A DNA stretch of 64,000 nt from contig JAZDQA010000006.1 in the NCBI GenBank assembly GCA_043797085.1, forward strand, positions 96,001 to 160,000, written 5' to 3'. The translations under genes and the position numbers were made by a program. This stretch comes from Pseudomonadota bacterium. GTDB taxonomy: Bacteria > Campylobacterota > Campylobacteria > Campylobacterales > Sulfurimonadaceae. The notes beneath the pieces were generated by a model. It had not been told where the DNA came from. It worked only from the letters and a program-made list of their open reading frames with translations, and did not search any database. Positions 48,728 through 58,832 of the stretch are shown here, piece after piece; position 1 is the first letter of the stretch; every line of letters begins with the position of its first letter.

Positions 48728-49917
48728 TATATTTCAATCTCATTTAGATGCTTGATATCATAGTTGTATTTACTTTTGTATTCTTCATTATTTAATTCTT
48801 GCGAGATATCCAAATCATAATTGAATATTATTTCCTTCTTAGCATCTGTATTGCTAACAATAATTTTTGCCAAAGCTTCTATATTTGGATGTTTATGTTT
48901 AGTACCATTTGTTGAAATTAAAAATTTATCTGACCTTATTAAAGCCATTAAACGATTTGATATATTCTTATTACTTCCATGGTGGGGTATTTTAACCAAG
49001 TTAAAAAGCAATTCGTAGCCAACATCTTGCAGCTTTAATAAATTATCATATATTATATCTTCATGGGCATCGCCTAGAAATAACAGTTTTTTATCTTTAT
49101 ATTCAATTATAAATGATATTGATGAGCCGTTTGTAGCTGATTTGTCTTTTTCGCTTAAAGTAGACAATTCTTCAAAATCATATATGTTAGAAGCTGCAAT
49201 ATCTGATGTCAAAGAAGAATTGTCTTGTTCATACTTCATGTGAAATTCAAAAGCATCATCAAAAATTTCCTCATCACTTATTTCAAAATTATACTTTTCC
49301 TTTTGTAACTCATATAGCCATTCTGTAGATAGCTTTGTTAACTTTTCTTTATTTGGAGACAAAAGGATAAATTTAATATCACCTACGGTTACTTCCGTTT
49401 TAGTCGTACCATCTTTAGTGCATATGACAGTATGATTAAATGAAGAATTCCAATTATAGTTATATTTGTGAATTAGAGAAGCGAGAGACGAACCATGTTC
49501 ACATGTTATATCTTGAATACCATTAATATTATTTGACATATTTTTCATTATAAAAGATTCCAAAATGCTTTTAGTCTCTTGCTTAATATTTTTCACTTTT
49601 TCTTTGTCAAATTGAATATGTTTATAGCTATTATGCCAAATTTCTTTTATCTGTATGATCTCACCATTTTGGTTGTCTTGAATAAATTTTATGGCGCCAC
49701 CAATGTGATCTTCATCTATGTGACTTATAATTAACAGATCAATAGATTCATTTTTATTTTTTAGTTTTAATAGGTCATCTTTAATTTCAATTTGATAAGT
49801 TTCTGGCATTCCCATATCTATTAAAATATTTTGCCCATTCTCAAAATTTAGTAAAAATGCGTCTCCATTTTTTGCTTTAAAAGCTTTTATGTTAACTTTA
49901 ATAATAAATATTTCCAC
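48727..49917 (-). CDS. MBL-fold metallo-hydrolase/nuclease (Avs1a/ComEC-like)
   Basis: GDAFLL, LIDMG, SHIDEDH, NGSSI, GDA, KIPHHGS, HKHP. Confidence 0.88.
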   Translation of the reverse strand: MEIFIIKVNIKAFKAKNGDAFLLNFENGQNILIDMGMPETYQIEIKDDLLKLKNKNESIDLLIISHIDEDHIGGAIKFIQDNQNGEIIQIKEIWHNSYKHIQFDKEKVKNIKQETKSILESFIMKNMSNNINGIQDITCEHGSSLASLIHKYNYNWNSSFNHTVICTKDGTTKTEVTVGDIKFILLSPNKEKLTKLSTEWLYELQKEKYNFEISDEEIFDDAFEFHMKYEQDNSSLTSDIAASNIYDFEELSTLSEKDKSATNGSSISFIIEYKDKKLLFLGDAHEDIIYDNLLKLQDVGYELLFNLVKIPHHGSNKNISNRLMALIRSDKFLISTNGTKHKHPNIEALAKIIVSNTDAKKEIIFNYDLDISQELNNEEYKSKYNYDIKHLNEIEI

Positions 49918-50090
49918 CTTTTATAAAATATACCAAAATTTATTTTGTTTGATGACAATTTTTCATGCGTATTAATATATTCATCATGTTGCTATATTAC
50001 AACATTTTGTATTTTAAAGTATTTTATCACAATAATAGCCTCGTGGCGCTTGAACGATATACCAATCAGATAGACAAAAAAGCGATGGTT

Positions 50091-50509
50091 AACAACAACA
50101 AAAGAAGAAGCTGCACTGGAACTCGACAAACTGGAGGGGAAATGGGGCAAAAGCTACTCCATCGTATTCAAATCTTGGCGCAGTAAATGGGAGAATTTGA
50201 CCATCTACTTTCAGTATCAAGAGGACATTAGACGAGTTATTTATACGACCAATATCGTTGAATCGGTACACCGTCAGTTCAGGACGCTGACGAAGACAAA
50301 AGCAGCTTTCCCTAACGATGACAGCTTGTTAAAATTACTCTTTATGGGAATTCAAAATGCGCAGAAAAAATGGACAATGCCAATACGGAACTGGAGCTTG
50401 ACAATCTCTCAACTCAGCATCCATTTCGAGGGACGACTCGATAAAGCTTTAAATCTATGATACAATTTTAGGAACTGCTAGATGCTGACACAGAATTCTG
50501 AACAGTCCC
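50091..50509 (+). mobile_element. IS256-family remnant: C-terminal transposase fragment plus terminal inverted repeat
   Basis: W..KY...SW..KWENL..YF.Y..DIRRVIYTTNIVES...KTKAAFPNDDSLLKLL; end GACACAGAATTCTGAACAGTCCC; left boundary approximate. Confidence 0.85.
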
Positions 50510-50576
50510 CTGTCGGCTTGTACCAACACTTTGAAACACCATCCCATCAAAACCCATGCTGTCCTTCTTTTCTGTT

Positions 50577-53522
50577 TTACCTCACACTCAACGCTCTCGC
50601 AAAACTATCAAGCATTCCAGTTTTAAATGCTTCATCCCCTGCAAACAGTTTATACAACTCTAACTCTTTTTTTCTTTCTCTATTCATGATCTCAGCAACA
50701 ATTTTTTCCAATGCCAACCGTCTCGTATGTTCATCAAGATTTTCTGCATATTTGGCTTTATAATCTTGGTGTGTTTTTACCTTATCCATTAACGAAATGA
50801 ATTTTATCCGCTGTTCCTCCGGCGTTGCATCCCATCCTTGGAACCATCGTTCGTTAAACGTTTTGATAATCTCATCAAGAGGATTTTTTTCTTCTTCATC
50901 ACCGTGCGTGCCTCTAGGATTAGGGTTTTGAGGGTCAAACTGTGTTTCGCTCTCATCCAGACCTATTTTGGCACTCAGCTTCACTCTCTCTAGTCCATAG
51001 GTCGAGAGATCAACCGAATTTAAAAGTTCATCCAGTGCATCTTTGTCTTTATCTTTGATAATCATCTTGGGTATTAAAAATTTCAAGAACCAAAACAACT
51101 TCTCCCATGCCACTACCTCGTAAGGCATAATCGAACTCATCTGTGCGTAGATTTTGACGTATTGTTTTGCTTTGATTTTGTAATCGGCTTTTTGATCATC
51201 ATCGAGTTCCACTTCAATGTTAAATCGTGCAGCAGCCGTGTCAATGATAGGGGATAGCTCGCTTGCCTCTACTCCTCTAAAATATTTTTCAAAAAATGCA
51301 TCTACTTCACTTTGCTCATATACTCCGAACTCGTCAAGACTCTCTTTTAAATCATTGAGTACATTAATATCAGTAGCTTGGCTCAGTGTGGTAGAGGTGT
51401 AAAACGGATCAAATGAAGTTTTAATATCTTCAGTTTTGTTATAAAAATCCAATACAAAAAGGTCTTCCGTCTTTTTACCATATTTCGGAGCGGAACGGTT
51501 TAATCTGGAAAGTGCTTGCACCGCTAATACGCCTTGCAATTTTTTGTCCACATACATAGCACATAGTTTTGGCTGATCAAACCCCGTCAAAAACTTATTG
51601 GCTACGATGAGCAATTTGTACTCATCGCTATCAAATTTATCACTTATATCTTTAGAAGCAAACCCATTGATAATATCTTCAGTGTACTCGATACCGCCTA
51701 CCTCTTTTTGCCCTGAAAAAGCAATGATTACTTTAAATGGATTACCCAGCTCTCGCAATTTATTTACTACTGCTTTATGATAGACAATCGCTCTTTCGAT
51801 ATCCACAGTGACAATCATCCCCTTGGCGTTACCTTTGAGCTTTTTAGTCTTGAATATTTTTTCTACAAAATGATCGAGCATAATTTCCACTTTAGTCGCT
51901 ATGGTCGATGGATCTTTCTCGACAAAACCTCGAAGCCTTTTTTGCGCTTTTTTGGTATCAAACAACGGATTGTCTTCGATAGATTTTTCTATCTCGTAGT
52001 AGCTTTTGTACGTTGTGTAGTTTGAGAGTACATCGAGGATAAAGCCCTCTTCTATCGCTTGTTTCATAGAGTACAGATGAAACGGTTTATAGCTTCCGTC
52101 TTCTTGCTTGGTTCCAAACTTTTCAAGTGTTGTATTTTTTGGAGTGGCTGTAAATGCCAGATAGGAAGCGTTACCTTTCATTTTGCGGCTTTTCATGATT
52201 TCAAGAACTATATCTTGTGCATCCATCTCATCTTCGTACTCTTTTTTACCCATTGCTTCATTCATTTTTCCATGTGCTGTTCCGCTTTGGGAAGAGTGGG
52301 CTTCGTCAATAATGACAGCAAATCGTTTATCGCTAAGGTCACTTATTCCATCCACGATAAAAGGGAACTTTTGAATGGTCGTTAGAATGATCTTTTTTCC
52401 TTTTTCAAGATTACTTTTGAGATCACTAGAGCTATACGCAGGAGCAACGATATTTTTTTGTTCGCTAAACGCTTTGACGTTATCTCTCAGCTGTTTATCC
52501 AGTATCTTTCTATCGGTAACGATGATAACACTGTTGAATAGAGGATAATCCAATCCCTTGCTTCCGCTAACATCCTCACTTGCAGGATACGCTTCAATCA
52601 GCCCGTACGCACTCCATGCAATGGAGTTTGACTTTCCACTTCCTGCACTGTGTTGGATAAGATAGGTTTGCCCTGTTCCATTGTCACTCACATGCTTTAA
52701 AAGCTTTCGTACCACATCAAGCTGATGATAGCGTGGGAAATAAAGTGTATCACCATCGAGTCTTACGAAGTGTTGGACGATATTGGCTAAAGAGTGCTTG
52801 GTAAATATTTCTTCCCAGATATAAGCTGTTTTATGTCCGTTTTCATTAACAGGATTACCTGCCCCATGGTTGCTATTCCCTTTGTTAAACGGTAAAAAGA
52901 ACGTTTTAGTTCCCTCTAACTTGGTTGTCATATATGCTTCATCGGTATCAACCGCAAAATGAACCAGACATCGGGAAAAATTGAGGAGTGTTTCTTTTGG
53001 ATCGCGATCTTCTTTGTATTGCTTGATCCCATGGAATCTGGCATTTTGACCTGTCCATGCGTTTTTGAGTTCCATAGTGACGATAGGCAAGCCGTTGATA
53101 AACAATACCATGTCCATCTCAAGCATGGGATTTGTACGCGAATGAGTCACTTGTCTTGTTACGCTGAAGATATTAGAGTCAAACCGTTTTTTGAGTTCAT
53201 CACCGCTGGAAGCGAGAGGGGCTATAAAAAGAAACGTAAAATGGGCATCATCTACAGCAAGCCCTTTTTTTAGTATCTTGAGTACCCCGTATTTTTTGAT
53301 CATCTTATCAAGGCGTTGGATGGTTTTGAGTTTGTATTGCGGATCACGGCTGATCTTGTTTAGCTCATCAGCTTGGGTATCTTCCAAAAACTCCCAAAAC
53401 AGCTTCTCATCGATTGCGTATTCTTTGTTGAAATCTCTGTTTTCACCTTTGACGAAACCTTGCGCTAAAAGAGACTTTTCAATACTCGTTTCAAGTGCCA
53501 ATTCATTGGTTTGACTGCTCAT
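50577..53522 (-). CDS. hsdR: type I restriction enzyme subunit R
   Basis: DMVLFINGLP..MELK, HSAGSGKS, DEAH, FTATP, LTGFDQP, LSRLNR. Confidence 0.95.
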   Translation of the reverse strand: MSSQTNELALETSIEKSLLAQGFVKGENRDFNKEYAIDEKLFWEFLEDTQADELNKISRDPQYKLKTIQRLDKMIKKYGVLKILKKGLAVDDAHFTFLFIAPLASSGDELKKRFDSNIFSVTRQVTHSRTNPMLEMDMVLFINGLPIVTMELKNAWTGQNARFHGIKQYKEDRDPKETLLNFSRCLVHFAVDTDEAYMTTKLEGTKTFFLPFNKGNSNHGAGNPVNENGHKTAYIWEEIFTKHSLANIVQHFVRLDGDTLYFPRYHQLDVVRKLLKHVSDNGTGQTYLIQHSAGSGKSNSIAWSAYGLIEAYPASEDVSGSKGLDYPLFNSVIIVTDRKILDKQLRDNVKAFSEQKNIVAPAYSSSDLKSNLEKGKKIILTTIQKFPFIVDGISDLSDKRFAVIIDEAHSSQSGTAHGKMNEAMGKKEYEDEMDAQDIVLEIMKSRKMKGNASYLAFTATPKNTTLEKFGTKQEDGSYKPFHLYSMKQAIEEGFILDVLSNYTTYKSYYEIEKSIEDNPLFDTKKAQKRLRGFVEKDPSTIATKVEIMLDHFVEKIFKTKKLKGNAKGMIVTVDIERAIVYHKAVVNKLRELGNPFKVIIAFSGQKEVGGIEYTEDIINGFASKDISDKFDSDEYKLLIVANKFLTGFDQPKLCAMYVDKKLQGVLAVQALSRLNRSAPKYGKKTEDLFVLDFYNKTEDIKTSFDPFYTSTTLSQATDINVLNDLKESLDEFGVYEQSEVDAFFEKYFRGVEASELSPIIDTAAARFNIEVELDDDQKADYKIKAKQYVKIYAQMSSIMPYEVVAWEKLFWFLKFLIPKMIIKDKDKDALDELLNSVDLSTYGLERVKLSAKIGLDESETQFDPQNPNPRGTHGDEEEKNPLDEIIKTFNERWFQGWDATPEEQRIKFISLMDKVKTHQDYKAKYAENLDEHTRRLALEKIVAEIMNRERKKELELYKLFAGDEAFKTGMLDSFARALSVR

Positions 53523-54499
53523 TTTAACCTCTTTATATCTTCTTCAAGCTCTTTGATACTTTGTATTTTTTCTTGCTCTTTTTGAGTCTCTTTGTATTTT
53601 TGATACTCTAACTCACTTTTTGCTTTTGCCATATCATGAGAGATTTTTCCTGCATGGGTCAAGAGTTCTCGACCATTGAGAGAAATAACTGCATCAAGCC
53701 TCGCTATCCAGTCTTTCATGTACATTGGAGTGCGCTGCATCGCCATCGTCTCTGCAAATGCCAAATACTGCTCTACCAAAAGACCGAGAAGTTTTATCTC
53801 ATCTTCACCCAGATAGTTTTTAGCGATGCTGACATCTTTTTTAGTGACGTTTTTATTCTCTTTATCAAACGAACTCATCCCCAAAAGGGGCTTAGAAATA
53901 TCGACCCTGTTGTGTATCAGTTCAGCTGCCGTTTGCGTTGATACCGCCCATAAAAGCTTATTTTGGACGATTTTAAAAAACTCTACCGTTTTTTCATCTT
54001 TTGGGTTGTAGTCGATACTTGTCATATAGATGTCTTTGATCTTTTGATAAAAAAACTTCTCACTAAGACGAATATCACGAAGTCTGTTTTGCAATTCGTC
54101 AAAATAGCTCATAGAGGTGCCGCTTTTAAATCGATCGTCGTTGAGAACAAAGCCCTTCGTGATGTACTCTTTTAATCTTTCTTTTGCCCAAATGCGAAAT
54201 TTCGTCCCCGTAGATGAGCGCACCCTAAAGCCGATGGCGATAAACATATCGAGATTGTAGTGAGCCACATCGTAGTTTTTGCCATCACTTGCAGTTGTTC
54301 GGTAATTCCGAACAACTGCTATCTCGTCCAATTCTTCTTCTTCAAATATCGCTGTGATATGCTCGCTTATTGTCGATTTTGCTTTGCCGAATACGTCACA
54401 TATTTGTGCCTGCGTTAGCCAAAGCGAACCCTCTTCAAATCTCACATCAACTTTGATATTGCCATTATCGTTTTGGTAAATCAGTATCTCACTCATCAT
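53519..54499 (-). CDS. rhuM: RhuM family protein
   Basis: WLTQAQI, HYNLD, IGFRVRS, YFDEL..RLRDIRLSEK.FYQK. Confidence 0.88.
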   Translation of the reverse strand: MMSEILIYQNDNGNIKVDVRFEEGSLWLTQAQICDVFGKAKSTISEHITAIFEEEELDEIAVVRNYRTTASDGKNYDVAHYNLDMFIAIGFRVRSSTGTKFRIWAKERLKEYITKGFVLNDDRFKSGTSMSYFDELQNRLRDIRLSEKFFYQKIKDIYMTSIDYNPKDEKTVEFFKIVQNKLLWAVSTQTAAELIHNRVDISKPLLGMSSFDKENKNVTKKDVSIAKNYLGEDEIKLLGLLVEQYLAFAETMAMQRTPMYMKDWIARLDAVISLNGRELLTHAGKISHDMAKAKSELEYQKYKETQKEQEKIQSIKELEEDIKRLK

Positions 54500-55770
54500 G
54501 CCACCCTCACTTTCCCCGTTACTACACTGTCGATGAGTGTCGCTTTGTACTCTTTGAGCTTGGTTATATAGTTTTGTTGCAGTTCGATAGCGGCATCAAT
54601 TTTAGATGTATGCTCTTCGATGTAAGTGATGATTTTGAATTGCTCATCAATAGACGGAAAGCCTATTTTCATACTCATAAACATGTGCGAATAAAATCTT
54701 AATCGTGATGAATGTAATCCAGTTGAAACTCGATTGTAGTGCTCTATATATTTAACACTTTTTAAAAGATGCTCAATATAAGTCGAACTCAATATTATCT
54801 TATGCTGTCGATAAACAGCATAAGAAGAACTCACAATACCTTCTTGAGGAGAAATACCAAGCGCTCCCATCCATGCCCACATAATATTCATAACCAAATC
54901 ATCTTTTTGACATGTTTTAGAACCCGTATAATCTTCAGACATGAACATTGAAACGTTCTTTTCCGATCTTGGCGTTACACCAGTCATATGGGATACCGAA
55001 AGCAACTCTTCATTACCTGTACCTGAACGCTCATTTATCTCTTTAAAGATATATTTTCCTCGTTTAACCGTCCAATGCTCTGGTATCTCCCCGATCCACT
55101 CCACACCGCTATCTTTCATCGATGTATTTGGATTTAATCCTCTCGTCACTGCTTCGTTAATGACAATCTGACGACGCTCTTTGAGAAGTTCAATAAGTTG
55201 CTCTTTTTGGCGGATAGCTTGGTCGATTTGATCTGATTTTTTATTTAGAAAATTCACAATTGAATATTGTTCATCTACAGGTGGAAAAACTATTGCCAAT
55301 CGTTTAAAATCGATAAAACTCAAATTTTGTCTCAGCCCAGTTCCAAACTTATAGATCACTTTAGTTAGATCAAGAGCATGTAAATAGTAATACAAATATT
55401 CAGCATGACCATTTAATACATTCAAATTCAAATAAGCACTTGTAATAATGCCATGATTTCTGGAAAAGCCTGTCCTGAGACTTGTTTTATCATTTTGTAA
55501 ATCCATACATCGGATGATAATATCACCTGTTTGCACAATCTGATAAGTCTCAAATGACTCAGGCACAAGTCCCACCAACTTTTCGATTGGCTTTACAATA
55601 ATATTCCCATAACTAAGAGACAAGACTCTGTCTTCAATCATGCCAATATTTTTTCGCTTATTTTCTCTGTAAACTTTCATCCCTGGCACTATTTCCCAAT
55701 GTTCAGGAATTTCCCCCAACCACTCTACCCCGCTCTCTTTATACGATGAATATCTTTGTAACGTACTCAT
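54496..55770 (-). CDS. hsdS: type I R-M specificity subunit
   Basis: Two copies of K.SGVEW.GEIPEHW, EQ..I helices, VTGKVRV. Confidence 0.93.
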   Translation of the reverse strand: MSTLQRYSSYKESGVEWLGEIPEHWEIVPGMKVYRENKRKNIGMIEDRVLSLSYGNIIVKPIEKLVGLVPESFETYQIVQTGDIIIRCMDLQNDKTSLRTGFSRNHGIITSAYLNLNVLNGHAEYLYYYLHALDLTKVIYKFGTGLRQNLSFIDFKRLAIVFPPVDEQYSIVNFLNKKSDQIDQAIRQKEQLIELLKERRQIVINEAVTRGLNPNTSMKDSGVEWIGEIPEHWTVKRGKYIFKEINERSGTGNEELLSVSHMTGVTPRSEKNVSMFMSEDYTGSKTCQKDDLVMNIMWAWMGALGISPQEGIVSSSYAVYRQHKIILSSTYIEHLLKSVKYIEHYNRVSTGLHSSRLRFYSHMFMSMKIGFPSIDEQFKIITYIEEHTSKIDAAIELQQNYITKLKEYKATLIDSVVTGKVRVA

Positions 55771-55771
55771 C

Positions 55772-58120
55772 TCATAGCCCCAAAATCTCTTTGATCAATC
55801 CGTCACTCGCTTCTTCGAGTTCCACGATCTCTTTCGCCACCGCTTCAAGGCTTCGTAGTGGTTTATGGGTATAGAAATATTTGTTAAAGCTGATCTCATA
55901 GCCGATTTTAACGCTGTCGAGATTGATCCACGCCTCACTCACATGCGGTTGTACCTCTCTGAGATAATACTCTAAAATATTCTCTTCCCTAGGAATGCTC
56001 TCACTATCTCGCAGATCGGTATCACTCTCATACTCGACAAATTCATATTTGCTTGCTGTCTTGTAGTAACCAAAATGCTCTAGCTCAACTTCACTACATC
56101 CCAAATGATCCAAAAGCTTATCGAGCTTGTCAGCGTTGATCTTGGATACCTTTTTGATCACTTTTTCAGCACTCTCATCGTACCAACTGATGGCGTTTAA
56201 AATAGCGTTTTTCTCTGGAGCCGTAAGCTTGATCTTCTCTTTTTTAATCACTCCATCCACTAACTCTCTAAAGAGATTAAAATCGTTGTATTCATCGGTG
56301 CCAATTTTTTCTTTGAGCAGATTTGCTGTCTCTAAAAGAGCTTTGTGTTTTGCCCACAGCTCTTTAGATAGCAAAGCTTTTTTCTGTTTGGCGTTTAGGT
56401 TGATTTCTTCTTTATCGAGATAGTGTTCGATCTCTTTTTGGTGCTTCATGATGTCAATATAACAATCCTCTTTAAACGCTTCAAGGCACCATCGCATAGG
56501 CTCCTCAAGAGCTTTATCAAATCGGAGAGTTTCTATCAGCTCATCTTTAAATTGTGCTTTGAGTCGTTTAGGGCGTTCGATATTGACTTTGTAATATCCA
56601 AAATCGCTGTTTTGGAAGATTTTAGACGCTATTTTTTTGCCGTCGAGTTCTTCATTGCACACGTTAAAGGCTTTATACACGTCCATAATTTTGGCAATGT
56701 GTTTGGATTCAAACTCACAGTTTTTATCACCAAGATTTTTTCGCAGTTTGCTGTAGAAGTCATTCGCATCGATGAGCTGAACTTGACCTTTTCGGCGTTC
56801 ATCCTTCTTGTTGCTCAGTATCCAAATATAGGTTGTGATCCCCGTATTGTAAAAGAGGTTGTTTGGAAGTTGGATGATACAATCGAGCATATCATTTTCA
56901 ATAATGAAACGGCGGATATTGCTCTCCCCCCCACCTGCATCACCCGTAAAGAGAGAACTGCCATTGTGTACCGAAGCGATACGACTCCCTATGAGATTTG
57001 AGGAAGCGGGCTTCATCTTGCCAACCATCTCCATTAAAAAAAGAAGCTGTCCATCACTGCTTCGTGGCGTTGCATCAGCATCAGCTTCCACTCCCCAATA
57101 ATCTTTTAGTTTGACAATAAAGCGTGTATCGATAACGTCGTTACCGTCTTTGATATACTTTTGTTCACTTGCCCATGATTTGCCGTAAGGAGGATTTGAG
57201 AGCATAAAATCGAACTTGATCCCTGCGAAATCATCGACACTCAACGTTGAGCCGTTTTTGATATTTTCAGGGTTGTTGCCTTTGATCATCATATCCGATT
57301 TACAGATAGCATAGGTTTCATCATTGATCTCTTTACCATAGAGGATGACATCTGCACTCGATTTGATATTCCCATCGGGATCTAAAATAAAGTTTTGCGA
57401 TTCGGTAAGCATCCCTCCACTACCGCACGCTGGGTCATAGATGGTCATAACAGGAGGTAAAACATCTTTAATCGGATCAAATACGATGTGTGTCATTAGA
57501 TCGATCACTTCTCGCGGGGTAAAGTGCTCTCCCGCTTCTTCATTGTTATCTTCGTTGAACTTTCGTATCAGTTCCTCAAAGACATATCCCATACCAAGGT
57601 TGGTAAGAGGTGGGAGTTTTTTACCCTCGGGGTCAAGGGCTTCTTTATCGGTGAGGTTGATGTACGGAGAGGTAAACTTTTCGAGAACCGATAAAAGGAC
57701 ATCTTTATCCGCCATATGTTTCATTTGGGCTTTGAGTTTGAATTTCTCTACGATCTCTTGTACGTTTGCGCTAAAACCGTTTAGATACTCTGTGAAATTT
57801 GCTTCTAGCATCTGGCTTGAGTTTGTTGCGGTGTCATAGAGCTTTTGAAGCGTCCAACGACTCGTATTGTAAAACACATAACCGCTTGCATCTTGAAGTC
57901 CCATATTATCAAGCTCTGTAAATTTAGCTTCTTCTGTTTGAAATCTAAGCTCTTCAAGAACCGCTTCTTTTGTAGGCTCTAAAAGTGCATCTAAACGTCG
58001 TAAAACGACCATCGGCAATATCACATCTCTGTATTTACCACGGACATAGACATCTCGTAAACAATCGTCTGCAATTGTCCATATAAAACTTACTAATTTG
58101 TTGTGTACTGCTTGATTCAT
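55772..58120 (-). CDS. hsdM: type I R-M methyltransferase subunit
   Basis: GEHFTPREVI, DPACGSGGML, SNPPYG. Confidence 0.95.
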   Translation of the reverse strand: MNQAVHNKLVSFIWTIADDCLRDVYVRGKYRDVILPMVVLRRLDALLEPTKEAVLEELRFQTEEAKFTELDNMGLQDASGYVFYNTSRWTLQKLYDTATNSSQMLEANFTEYLNGFSANVQEIVEKFKLKAQMKHMADKDVLLSVLEKFTSPYINLTDKEALDPEGKKLPPLTNLGMGYVFEELIRKFNEDNNEEAGEHFTPREVIDLMTHIVFDPIKDVLPPVMTIYDPACGSGGMLTESQNFILDPDGNIKSSADVILYGKEINDETYAICKSDMMIKGNNPENIKNGSTLSVDDFAGIKFDFMLSNPPYGKSWASEQKYIKDGNDVIDTRFIVKLKDYWGVEADADATPRSSDGQLLFLMEMVGKMKPASSNLIGSRIASVHNGSSLFTGDAGGGESNIRRFIIENDMLDCIIQLPNNLFYNTGITTYIWILSNKKDERRKGQVQLIDANDFYSKLRKNLGDKNCEFESKHIAKIMDVYKAFNVCNEELDGKKIASKIFQNSDFGYYKVNIERPKRLKAQFKDELIETLRFDKALEEPMRWCLEAFKEDCYIDIMKHQKEIEHYLDKEEINLNAKQKKALLSKELWAKHKALLETANLLKEKIGTDEYNDFNLFRELVDGVIKKEKIKLTAPEKNAILNAISWYDESAEKVIKKVSKINADKLDKLLDHLGCSEVELEHFGYYKTASKYEFVEYESDTDLRDSESIPREENILEYYLREVQPHVSEAWINLDSVKIGYEISFNKYFYTHKPLRSLEAVAKEIVELEEASDGLIKEILGL

Positions 58121-58528
58121 CCGTCTGCCTCTAAAAAATCTTCATGATTACAATTGATTTTATTATTTTAGTATCTTGTCTTTATTATACATTTTGTATC
58201 TAATGTCGAAGCTTGATTGATAAATATTTTTTTTAATTACTATTACATGATACAAATATATTTAACAATTTAATTTCAAATAGTTATAGATATTGGTATT
58301 GGTCATTTGGATACTTAATCGGGTTCAGTTGTCGGTTTCATGCACATCACTAACACTACTTTGAGCCTAGCGAGATCTAGGCGTAGGATAGGGAAAGCAA
58401 GAGAGAACGAAGTGAGCGAAGAATCGGTGCATGAAATTGATAATTGAAAAAAATAAACTCTATTCCAAATGGGATAGGGGGGAGAGGGCTTTAGCCCTCT
58501 GGGGGGAAAGGGGGAAACTTCTTAGTTT

Positions 58529-58831
58529 TCACCCTCTTTTAATCTTGGATAATAGCGTAGGCTTAAACGATAAATCTCGCTCAATTGGAAGCCCTAGAGA
58601 ACCACGGAGTAATTCTAATTCATCAAGCGAGAAATATCCCAATTCACTCTCCATGCCTTGAACGAAGCCAAAGCACGTTTTTGAATCTTCTTTTGAAAAC
58701 TCTATGACATACCACGTCCAATTGCTATCTGGTGTGAACAGTTTGATATAACATATTGGATCGGATATTTCTTCCGTTGCGTATAAATCGGGAATTGCCT
58801 CTAGCAACTCTTGCGGTATCAGTATGCTCAT
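58529..58831 (-). CDS. DUF2958 family protein
   Basis: KLFTPDSNWTWY, ELGYFSLDEL, IERDLSF. Confidence 0.85.
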   Translation of the reverse strand: MSILIPQELLEAIPDLYATEEISDPICYIKLFTPDSNWTWYVIEFSKEDSKTCFGFVQGMESELGYFSLDELELLRGSLGLPIERDLSFKPTLLSKIKRG

Positions 58832-58832
58832 C

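Noticed and set aside
53519..54499. rhuM as a novelty or virulence factor
   Set aside because: RhuM-family genes are commonly inserted within type I hsd operons
54496..55770. hsdS shufflon
   Set aside because: The internal repeats are the normal conserved regions; no silent TRD copies or invertase are nearby
56926..56932. Phase-variable poly-G tract in hsdM
   Set aside because: Only 7 nt, and it encodes the conserved GGGES motif
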